Positions 1-8,636 of a stretch of DNA of 64,000 bases are shown piece after piece. How positions within the stretch are numbered: position 1 is the first letter of the stretch; each line of letters opens with the position of its first letter. The DNA is taken from NCBI GenBank assembly GCA_030867685.1, contig JAQOWU010000008.1, positions 992,001 to 1,056,000 on the forward strand, in the 5' to 3' direction. Below the pieces are notes generated by a model. That model was not told where the DNA came from. It searched no databases and was given only the letters and a program-made list of their open reading frames with translations. Position numbers and translations under genes: made by a program. Origin of the DNA: Wickerhamiella versatilis. Lineage: Eukaryota.

Positions 1-107
1 AAAAACTGTATTAGTTAGTAGTTATAAGTTTAGCAAACAAAAATTTAAGACCTTAATATATATACTGATGTTACGTTAAAATTCCACGCTTGGTGGCGGG
101 CGTCACA

Positions 108-1874
108 TTAAACGCTGTGATCGATATCCTCGACACTCAGCTTGTGGGATAGGCTAGAAGATGAACCTGTGGTTTTTGCTGTATCTCCTGAAGCTGGGGT
201 AGATTTCGAGGGGGATATGATACCTTTACGGAGATTACTTAGGTTCTCCTTGACCAAATCCATGGTTCGCATTTCAAAGATGTCGTCAATTTCTTCCAAG
301 GTCTTTCCTTTTGTTTCAGGCATGAACAATAGCTGGTAGAAAAACCCAAGAATGGCTAGGCCACCATAGAATCCCCAGGTGAGACCCGTATACTTCATTG
401 CTGTAGACATTCTAGTGAAGTTATACGTTACAATCCAGTTCCACAAAAATACGGAAGTGGAGCAGATGGCCATCCCTTGTGCGCGGGTACGTAGGTTGAA
501 ACTTTCTGCCGGAACAACCCAGGTAAGACAGGCATAAGATCCAAAGAACCATTCATATAGAATCATTCCGGTGAAATAGACACCCATTGATGCTCTTTTA
601 CCACTGGGGTCATTGTCCCAGTCAGTGGATTCCTGCTTCAAGTAACCGATACCTACAAGCATAAGGCCGAAGAAGAATAGAAGAATGTTTTGGGCCCACA
701 CACGCCGACCAAACTTGTCCATATATAGAATGGCAGGAATGGCTCCGAGCCACAGGGCACCGCCACCTACCAAAGACATGGCATTCGCCTCCTTCGGTTC
801 GAAGTTCATCTTTGACATCAAGGTAGACATATTGTAGAGGATAGCGTTCACACCTGTCATTTGCCCGAGGCATTCCATTATGTTGGAATAGACCAGTGCT
901 CGTCTGTTGCGGGGAATAGTGAAGAGCTCGAACCAGCGCACATACCATTTCTCCTGGCTGCTAAGTTCAGTTTCCCGATTTGCAGTTTCTCGCATTTCAA
1001 GATATTCGAGGAGTGCTTCTGGCTGGTTGACATCGCGTAGTTGCTTCCACACATGCCAGCCTAAGCCAGCCTTACCTTTCGACACTAGCCATCTTGGTGA
1101 CTCGGGAAGGAAAAGGAGACCAATAAATAGAATGGTCGAAAAAACCAGTGAAGATCCGAGCATGTATCTCCAGCTTCCCTTGACGTCGAAAAATATGCAA
1201 CCAATCGAATAACCTAAAACCTCGCCGAATGCAATGTTAAATTGATACATCGAAACTAGATTTCCACGAACATCAGGAGGAACACATTCCGAGATGTAAA
1301 TACCGACACATCCACCTTCGATACCAACACCAACGCCTAAAATAAATCTTCCGGCGAGCAACATCCCAACGCTTCGAGCTCCAGCACAGAGCCCTGCTCC
1401 CAAAGTATACCAGAGACAAGAAATGATCAAGGAATTCCTTCTTCCGAAGAAATGGTTAAGTGGCATCATCATCATCGATCCTCCCATGGCTCCTAGCGGC
1501 ATTAGTGAACTCACGAGGGATTGATCGTCATCGTCCACTTTAGGAGCAACATAATCCTTTGCTCCATTGGTTCCTGTATGATAAGCACTCGCACCACTAA
1601 TGACGGACTGGTCAATACCAGAAAGAATTCCTGCGAACGATGCAAATACTCCGAGTGTAATGACAAGCTGCTTTGTTGACTTGAACGTAACCGGAATACG
1701 CTTTGTTAAAAAACGCCACCATAGAGTTTCTCCTGCCTTCTGCTCCTTAGCCTCTTCGTCAAGGTCAGCAACGCGTTGCTGGAGGTCTCCATGGTTCATA
1801 TTTGCAAACTGTAGCTCATCGAGCTTTGGCTCGGGATGCTCAAAGTGATCAACAACAGCGAATTTCTCTTCCAT
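108..1874 (-). CDS. FSY1: MFS sugar porter, fructose/H+ symporter Fsy1-like
   Basis: 588 aa with about 12 hydrophobic segments and sugar-porter motifs (FGRR, GRFILGVGVG, PESPRWL, QMTGVNAILY, PETKGKTLEEID). N-terminal LGVFASFAGILSGIDQSVISGA resembles the Fsy1 subfamily as recalled. Confidence 0.75.
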   Translation of the reverse strand: MEEKFAVVDHFEHPEPKLDELQFANMNHGDLQQRVADLDEEAKEQKAGETLWWRFLTKRIPVTFKSTKQLVITLGVFASFAGILSGIDQSVISGASAYHTGTNGAKDYVAPKVDDDDQSLVSSLMPLGAMGGSMMMMPLNHFFGRRNSLIISCLWYTLGAGLCAGARSVGMLLAGRFILGVGVGIEGGCVGIYISECVPPDVRGNLVSMYQFNIAFGEVLGYSIGCIFFDVKGSWRYMLGSSLVFSTILFIGLLFLPESPRWLVSKGKAGLGWHVWKQLRDVNQPEALLEYLEMRETANRETELSSQEKWYVRWFELFTIPRNRRALVYSNIMECLGQMTGVNAILYNMSTLMSKMNFEPKEANAMSLVGGGALWLGAIPAILYMDKFGRRVWAQNILLFFFGLMLVGIGYLKQESTDWDNDPSGKRASMGVYFTGMILYEWFFGSYACLTWVVPAESFNLRTRAQGMAICSTSVFLWNWIVTYNFTRMSTAMKYTGLTWGFYGGLAILGFFYQLLFMPETKGKTLEEIDDIFEMRTMDLVKENLSNLRKGIISPSKSTPASGDTAKTTGSSSSLSHKLSVEDIDHSV

Positions 1875-2000
1875 GGCCGAAAGATTTCTAACAAACAGGT
1901 TCTGGTGTTTGGGTGTGCTCTTTAAATACTGAAGGAATTTGGAAGTTGGGAACCAGAGTCATTATGCCCTTAAAATTCTCCTTAGTCATTGCAGAAAATC

Positions 2001-2021
2001 CCCCACTTTTTGAATGTGGAG
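2001..2021. promoter_or_regulatory. Two Mig1/CreA-type SYGGRG sites upstream of the sugar transporter
   Basis: CCCCAC plus T-tract at 2001-2011 (AAAAAGTGGGG on the minus strand) and GTGGAG at 2016-2021. TATTTAAA on the minus strand at 1921-1928. Confidence 0.45.
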
Positions 2022-2871
2022 TGGATAGGTTACTGCATAAATTTGCATAGCACGAGCACACGAATTCGACTAATTCTTATCGATAATAACTTTTTAACAA
2101 TTATTTTAGCTGAACCAGGCCTTTTCCACTGGCAATAAGCTGTGAAAAAAAGCTCACAGGGCAAGGGCTGATACGAATACGTATAATCAGCGATCGCCAC
2201 AAATATTGAGGCACGCGAAGTTTTTCCGTTAGAATGCCCGGAGACGCGGGAAAATTTTTGCAAGCGTCGCTAGTTGATCGAGCTTAGTAAATCCTGCCAT
2301 TGAGCTCCTGAACTCTCGGATATTCCTGTGCCCAGGTTTTCCTACGCGACAGACATGCATGGCTAAGGGTTGATGTGCTTATGGTCATTGGGCCTTCTGG
2401 AATTCACTGATCTTTCCATCCCGGGTCAAATCCGTTCCGAACATTAATTATCCGGAAGTGTTGAATTGATAGAGGGTGGATTATCTATTCCAACCCTGTC
2501 AGTATACTCTTAGACTCGACACTAGTTCGCACTGCTTGTCTAAAATATCTCTTTATGCTCGTATACAGGAGTCTCAAGGACGTTCAGGCTAATATATATT
2601 GGGTATTTTTAGCTTGCTGCGGGTCTTGACAAAAAAAATAAATCAATGGTAACAGTCAGTAGGCAATTTCGACCACTGAAATCTTATTTGTCAAGTATAA
2701 CGAATAGTCTTGTTTAGGCAAAGTATCCGTTTTCAACAACCGTAGCTAATCAAGTAGGGATACCAGTGGGCTTGATTTGTCAATCGCTTTCTGTTTCTAA
2801 ACAAGGAAGGCTCAACTCTAGTCTTTCTATTATCAGTACACTTTCCCGTATCTCTTGTAGACTCTAAATGA

Positions 2872-2878
2872 TATAAAA
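2872..2878 (+). promoter_or_regulatory. TATA box of the secreted repeat protein gene
   Basis: TATAAAA about 50 nt upstream of ATG 2930. Confidence 0.5.
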
Positions 2879-2929
2879 GTGACATCGAATCAGTGGAGTA
2901 TCCTTGCCTGAGCCTGGAGCGTGTGTCTG

Positions 2930-4756
2930 ATGAAGTACGCTCTGTCCACCCTCGTAGCAGCATCGGTGGTCCTCGGTGCGCCGACCTACGATATCAAATC
3001 GAATGGAGACAAGTTGACAGTGAATGAGGTCCTTGGAGATTTTACTGATCTCAGAAATGAAGGGTCTCACTTGAAAGTTAAACGCCAACTCCAGCAAGGC
3101 TATAACAATTATGGCGGGTATCCTGAACATCCTGGTTATGGCGGCGGCTATGGTGGTTATGGTGGACAACAGTGTCAATGTGGTCCACCCCCTCAGCAAC
3201 CACCACCTCCTTCTTATCCTCAATGTCAGTGTCCACCACCACAGCAACCTCCTCCCCCGCCTCCCCCTCAACAATGTCAGTGTCCACCACCACAACAACC
3301 CCCTCCCCCTCCTCCTCCTCAGCAATGTCAGTGTCCACCACCACAACAGCCCCCTCCCCCTCCTCCTCAACAACAGCAACCCCCACCACCATCTCATCCC
3401 GAATGCCAATGTCCACCTGAATCATATGGCGGCTATGGTGGATATGGATATTACGGAGGAAATCCAGGTAATGAGCGACGTGGTGGCGGTGGCTGCGGTG
3501 GCGGTAGCGGTGGTAGCTGCGGCGGCATTGGTGGCAGTAGTGGTGGTGGCTGCGGTGGCGGCCGCGGTGGCGGCTTCGGTGGCGGCTTTGAAGGTGGTGC
3601 TGGTGGTGGTCCTTTCGACTGCGACTTCAATTTTGGCGATCTTTGCGATCCCAATAAACTCAATCGCTACGCATGCAATGATGGATGCGGAAGATGGTTT
3701 AAGTGGCTCAATCCATTTGTCTATCTCAAGGCCCTCGAAGATTTCTGCCCAGGTCTGCTTATCTCCACTCCACAGGGTGAGCGCGGTATTTGCGGACCTG
3801 GTAGCTATCCTCCAGCAGGTGGATGGGATAGTGCAGGTGGAGGCAGTAGTAGTTGCGGTGGCCTTGGTGGTGGTGGCGGTGGCGGCTGCGGTGGCGGCGG
3901 TAATCGCAACAATCAAGGCGGCTACCAGCCATACGGCTATGGCGGCTACTATCCGTACTATAACTATGGTTATGGCTATAGTACCCAGGCTAATTCAAAC
4001 CAAGGCAATAGCGGTAACGCCGACAACACGCAATTGCTACAGTCTTCATGCCAGCAGGCTCAGCCGGCGCAAATGATACAATCGTGCCAGCCAGTGCAAA
4101 TGAATAGTTGCGGTACCGACAGCGATAATTCTCAAGCCATTGAGGGCCCTAACAGCGCTGCTCAAAATCCGCAATTGCCCCAGCCAACACAAATGGACTC
4201 CAATCCCTCCCCACAAACGGGTTCTAATCCTTCAGCAGACCAGGGATACCCTCAGCCTCAAGAACACGAAGAGAGCTACAATCAACCATTACCCCAAACT
4301 CATCCCAGGCCTCAAGAACAGGCATACCAACGCGGTGGATCTTCCCAAGAAGAACAACGAACCCACGACATGCAGCGCGGCCAGGAGGATCGACGTATGC
4401 ACGACGGGCAGCGTTCTCAGCAGCGTATACAGGAAGCTCAACGTATTGATGAAGCTCAGCGCGCCCAGGGAGCGCAGCGGGGCCAGTCAAGACCAAGCAC
4501 AAATCACAACGAGCTGGAGCCGTCAAACGATTCCCAGAAGTATGAAGCTGATCAATTGCGTACTCAGGATATTCCTGTTCGTGATGATGAGCCCTACTGG
4601 ATGCAGCCCGTTGCTATGGAAGACATCTATGGTAACCGATGGATTCTTGCAGAACAAGAAGAAGAGAAGCAAGGTAACCAACATGTCACTGAGAATATAA
4701 TGCGTGATTCAGTATACCCTCCAAGTGCGCATTGGGATCACAGGTATCTTCCATAA
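2930..4756 (+). CDS. Secreted Pro/Gln/Cys-, Gly/Cys- and Gly/Tyr-rich modular protein, function unknown
   Basis: First ATG is 2930 (the ORF track starts at GTG 2921). Signal peptide MKYALSTLVAASVVLGA, dibasic KR (3080-3085) and RR (3476-3481), low-complexity blocks, no GPI-type hydrophobic tail. Confidence 0.85.
   Translation: MKYALSTLVAASVVLGAPTYDIKSNGDKLTVNEVLGDFTDLRNEGSHLKVKRQLQQGYNNYGGYPEHPGYGGGYGGYGGQQCQCGPPPQQPPPPSYPQCQCPPPQQPPPPPPPQQCQCPPPQQPPPPPPPQQCQCPPPQQPPPPPPQQQQPPPPSHPECQCPPESYGGYGGYGYYGGNPGNERRGGGGCGGGSGGSCGGIGGSSGGGCGGGRGGGFGGGFEGGAGGGPFDCDFNFGDLCDPNKLNRYACNDGCGRWFKWLNPFVYLKALEDFCPGLLISTPQGERGICGPGSYPPAGGWDSAGGGSSSCGGLGGGGGGGCGGGGNRNNQGGYQPYGYGGYYPYYNYGYGYSTQANSNQGNSGNADNTQLLQSSCQQAQPAQMIQSCQPVQMNSCGTDSDNSQAIEGPNSAAQNPQLPQPTQMDSNPSPQTGSNPSADQGYPQPQEHEESYNQPLPQTHPRPQEQAYQRGGSSQEEQRTHDMQRGQEDRRMHDGQRSQQRIQEAQRIDEAQRAQGAQRGQSRPSTNHNELEPSNDSQKYEADQLRTQDIPVRDDEPYWMQPVAMEDIYGNRWILAEQEEEKQGNQHVTENIMRDSVYPPSAHWDHRYLP
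3170..3418 (+). repeat. Coding 51-nt tandem repeat (QCQCPPPQQPPPPPPPQ) x4 plus a degenerate fifth unit
   Basis: Units start at 3170, 3221, 3272 and 3323 (caatgtcagtgtccaccaccac is identical in the last three). ECQCPP at 3401. Confidence 0.9.
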
Positions 4757-5009
4757 GATTTCAACATCATATAGGCTAGCTAAAGGATTATAATCACTTC
4801 TTCTATCAAATGGAAAAAAGAACTGTCTCTAACACAATTATAACATAATGGCTTTGAATGTTTAACTAACGTAAAACGATACAAAATGATAGTCTTCAAT
4901 GTCTATTTCCATGTAGAGTAAATATGTGACCGAAACCGGAAGTCGTCTCCTGCCCAAAACATTTAATACCTTCAATGGTGGGTTTTGTTAGATAATCATA
5001 GTAGTGTGC

Positions 5010-6038
5010 ATGGCCGGACTGTTTTCAAGAAGTGGTTTTAACTTCTTGGTATTTGGTGGCTTGGTTATTACAATAATCGTAGGGCTCTATGCATCTGCAG
5101 TAGCCACCTACGTTTTCTTTGTCTGGAACTATATCCCACCAGCGATAATACATGTTCCTGTAAATTTCGACTATTCTTCGGATATAACATCCTCCCCGAT
5201 TGCGCTATTTACCCTTCCCGAGCTGGGATTGTCTAAAGAAAATTATAAAGTGGATCTGGAGCTCGATATGCCCCGAACGAAAGCGAATCGAGAGCTAGGA
5301 AATTTTATGGCCAGGTTCGTGTTTACTGACGAATTACCACCTTATCAAGATTATAACCGATGGATTCGATCGAGTCAGCTCCAATTTACCAAACGGACAG
5401 CGATACTTCCATACCAATCTGAACCTGTACAAATCCTGGATTCAATTCTTTGGGCCCCTCTGTATGCGTTTGGGTTAAAGCAAGAATCGGCGCAAATACA
5501 ACTTCAGTCGGTTGAATTGGATAACACGAAAAAGCCCCGTTATGTTATTGTGGACTTGGACAAGCAGGTTCAGCTTGCAGGTGCTAAACTCACATGGAGG
5601 GTTCAGCTCGTAGGCCTGCGGTACTTGATTACAACCTATCCTATTATTTCATTTGTTACTGGTACTGGATTTGTCTTTTTCATAGAGCTGGTTTTCGCTC
5701 TCGTGGCCGCGATTAGATATCTTGCAAAGCATCCAGGACAACAACGGCCTGTTCGAGTCAAAATACCGCCCGAGGAAATGGAGGCGGCCATTGAAGATTA
5801 TTTTAAGAGAAAAATGGAAAAAGACCAATATAACGACGTCGAGATCAAGCAGGAGCCATCATCATCATACGAGGATCAGTCTAGCGATCCGACTCTCCGA
5901 GACATCTCTGTATACCAAGGAAGTCCAAAGTTAAGGCCTAAGTTTCAATGTAGTGCCTCACCGGCAACATCTGCGTGCGTGGATTCCCCTCAGGGGCAAC
6001 TGACATCAGAAAAGGCCTCCAAGAGCCTACGAAAGTAG
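5010..6038 (+). CDS. SEI1: Seipin (lipid droplet biogenesis)
   Basis: Two TM segments flank a luminal domain with VPVNFDY, YKVDLELDMPRTKANRELGNFM and TAILPYQS. First ATG 5010. Confidence 0.85.
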   Translation: MAGLFSRSGFNFLVFGGLVITIIVGLYASAVATYVFFVWNYIPPAIIHVPVNFDYSSDITSSPIALFTLPELGLSKENYKVDLELDMPRTKANRELGNFMARFVFTDELPPYQDYNRWIRSSQLQFTKRTAILPYQSEPVQILDSILWAPLYAFGLKQESAQIQLQSVELDNTKKPRYVIVDLDKQVQLAGAKLTWRVQLVGLRYLITTYPIISFVTGTGFVFFIELVFALVAAIRYLAKHPGQQRPVRVKIPPEEMEAAIEDYFKRKMEKDQYNDVEIKQEPSSSYEDQSSDPTLRDISVYQGSPKLRPKFQCSASPATSACVDSPQGQLTSEKASKSLRK

Positions 6039-6275
6039 TATCAATGCTTGAACTTCAGCAGTCACACCGAATAGATAGCTATCTTGCTGATGCCGATACG
6101 ACTAATCGTTTCAAGGAGACACTTTAAAAGAAGCCAACCACCAAAAAAAATGGTTAACATTCCATGTCGTCATAGAGGCTTTATACTAAAAATGATTCAT
6201 GAATCTAATGATCTGGATAAAATAATAAGAAGAAATACTATATGAAAAGGATTAGTGTTCAATCAATATACAGAG

Positions 6276-8636
6276 CTAGCCCATGGCCCGCCATGGGATT
6301 TCCGCTATGAGAAGTGGCATTTTCACATTGCCATCATCTGAAATCGAAACTTGGTGATTTCTGAAGCTCTCATACAGTGATACAGCAACATTCCATTCCG
6401 CAAGAGAGCGACCACCATAATTCCAATGTGCTAAGTCATTCTCAGCACTGCCCGTCCCAGCCGCGTGTAAGCTTTTGTCCGACAAAGACTGCTGACCGGG
6501 AAACCGCGGCAACGATACTCGTCTTTGTTCAGGCAGCAACGTTTGGATTGGCGCCAGCGCAAATCTGTGCTGAGGTGGTTGAATATCAGGCTGAGGTTCG
6601 CATAAGACATTAGGAAGGGGAAGATTGGTTAGGGATCTTCTATGCTTTGTACTGTCATCTGGTGGGTCCCTGGGTCCCACCGACGGTGCTTTGTCGCTTT
6701 TGAAAAATTTACGAAGATTATCCAATGACAAAGAAGACCAACGTCGACGCCCTTCTGGTTCAGGCTCGTTGGACGTATTCTCCTCCGTAGAAGTGGGAAG
6801 CGACCACCGCCTGCCGATAGGGTCGTGTGAGGGTGCACACCAGTATGCAGAGTTGTCGAATATATCAAATTGATAAGTGCGAGTCTGGCCGCCAGAAGTG
6901 AAAAATGAAGATTGCTGAATAGGAACAATGGTTACCTGGCACTTAGGCAGGGGCAGTGATGGGGTCGCTTCAGGAGGAAAGCTAGCCATAGATGCGAGGG
7001 CCCTGCATCTTATGTAAGTGACTAGAAGCCGTTGCTTGAGCAAATCCTGTGATTCCATGCGACAGGCCAGCCGATAACACAGAAGTCTGTGATAGTAACT
7101 CCGGACGAGAGGGCTCCAGTGACAGAAAAGCTTTTGCCATGTGTTAGCACTTAAAGTCCACCGCGTCACTTGATCAGCCGCATCGTCAGTAAAAGAGGGC
7201 CAGGCGTTGAATATCATGGTCAATGCTCGAATCTCTGAATAGCAATTATTCGAGGTAAGCATTCTTTGTGCAACAGCAATCCACCACTCCCATGATATAG
7301 ACTGCGACCTTGTCTGATCCTGTGTCTTGGGATGTTCCAAGGTAACGCTGGCAGCCCATTCTTCAACGAGATCACATATCTTACCGCATGCATCAGCATG
7401 GTACACATTAATGCTTGCTGCCACAGCCTGCAAAACCTGATCAAATTGTTTCACAAAACTGTGGAAATAAACCAGGCACTGATCATCATTGTGCAGAACT
7501 TCGCGAATCACCTTAAACAACTTTAGCTCGTTCACATTTCGAGCCGTGACTGTCCCATTAGATAACCCGGGGGCTAATGCATTTACCGTTATCGCTTTCT
7601 TCCTATTCGTCGGACTTGTATGTCGCACGAAGTAGTCCAAGAAATTCACCTCCGAGGCCAGGAGCAGTGTCCATCCAGGTGCGCATTTGTGCAAGGAGAC
7701 TTGTGAATCCATTGGAAGACACACCTGGCATACCAAGGAGCAATAGTGTTTCAGGAAAGAATTGAACACGCCAGAGTCTGGCTGCCAGTACTTGCTCCAG
7801 GAGCTGTCATGCAACCATGCGAATTTAGAATCCCTACATTCTGGCGGCGGTGTAGACATCGCAGTCCTCATCCCAACCAATGGCAGCAGATGATCAGGGA
7901 CAGATTCCAGATTATTGCAAGTACATTGCTCTTCATCTTCCAACCTGGCAATTAGTCTATCAATACACCTTTGTGGGACACGTAAAAGCCAGATAAGCTG
8001 TATGGCAACCCCTGGAACGAAAAAGTAGCAGTATGCCAAGACCTTACCGGTAAAAGCGGCAATGGCAAGCGGGATTGCCGTGCCCGATGATACCTTGTGA
8101 AGCATGAACTCTCCAGTGCTGACCAGCAGCCGCAGATACTGGGCTGATGGTGCCACTAGCCATTCTGGCCGCGACATGATGCCAGAGAGAGCTTCATAAA
8201 ATGCATTTCGATCGCTCCCGGTGATATTGTCCGTACGAAGGTCCACTAGCAGTCGTTCCCACCATGCCTCTAGAATGGTAAGGCGGGATGCTACTTGACT
8301 GGATGCAGGTAGAATGAGGGAGCTTTCGCGACGGAGGAACGGAAGCAGGCTAAGCCGAAGAATGTTAGCGGCTGAGGCACCCCTCTGTGACGTATACTTG
8401 CGGAGGTATCGCTGAAGCCGGATAAATTCATGGTCGTTGTCATTGCCTTTGGCCACCAAGGATAGCCTGTCGTCATGAAACCAGAAGAAAGAACTACGGG
8501 ATGACGTGCTTGATTCGGGTGTCTCTGTAAATTCGCTAGCCCCATCGCTGGACAATGACCTTGGAGGAGAGGGTGGAGGCCCATTGCATACGGTCGCGGC
8601 CGTCTTCTTGGGCGATTCGCGGTTGAATAGCCGCAT
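6276..8636 (-). CDS. DUF1765-family protein (Ahk1-like)
   Basis: Helical protein with motifs AANILRLSLLPFLR, GKVLAYCYFF and FCHWSPLVRSYYHRLLCYRL. First ATG 8636; the ORF is open to TTG 8717. Confidence 0.7.
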   Translation of the reverse strand: MRLFNRESPKKTAATVCNGPPPSPPRSLSSDGASEFTETPESSTSSRSSFFWFHDDRLSLVAKGNDNDHEFIRLQRYLRKYTSQRGASAANILRLSLLPFLRRESSLILPASSQVASRLTILEAWWERLLVDLRTDNITGSDRNAFYEALSGIMSRPEWLVAPSAQYLRLLVSTGEFMLHKVSSGTAIPLAIAAFTGKVLAYCYFFVPGVAIQLIWLLRVPQRCIDRLIARLEDEEQCTCNNLESVPDHLLPLVGMRTAMSTPPPECRDSKFAWLHDSSWSKYWQPDSGVFNSFLKHYCSLVCQVCLPMDSQVSLHKCAPGWTLLLASEVNFLDYFVRHTSPTNRKKAITVNALAPGLSNGTVTARNVNELKLFKVIREVLHNDDQCLVYFHSFVKQFDQVLQAVAASINVYHADACGKICDLVEEWAASVTLEHPKTQDQTRSQSISWEWWIAVAQRMLTSNNCYSEIRALTMIFNAWPSFTDDAADQVTRWTLSANTWQKLFCHWSPLVRSYYHRLLCYRLACRMESQDLLKQRLLVTYIRCRALASMASFPPEATPSLPLPKCQVTIVPIQQSSFFTSGGQTRTYQFDIFDNSAYWCAPSHDPIGRRWSLPTSTEENTSNEPEPEGRRRWSSLSLDNLRKFFKSDKAPSVGPRDPPDDSTKHRRSLTNLPLPNVLCEPQPDIQPPQHRFALAPIQTLLPEQRRVSLPRFPGQQSLSDKSLHAAGTGSAENDLAHWNYGGRSLAEWNVAVSLYESFRNHQVSISDDGNVKMPLLIAEIPWRAMG

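Noticed and set aside
3170-3373. Repeat array as CRISPR-like
   Set aside because: In-frame coding tandem repeat without unique spacers, in a eukaryotic context, with no cas genes.
2864-4700. Long alternative-frame and antisense ORFs (2864-3409, 3078-3425, 3111-4076, 3422-3916, 4140-4700)
   Set aside because: Shadows of low-complexity, stop-poor codon repeats in the secreted protein gene.
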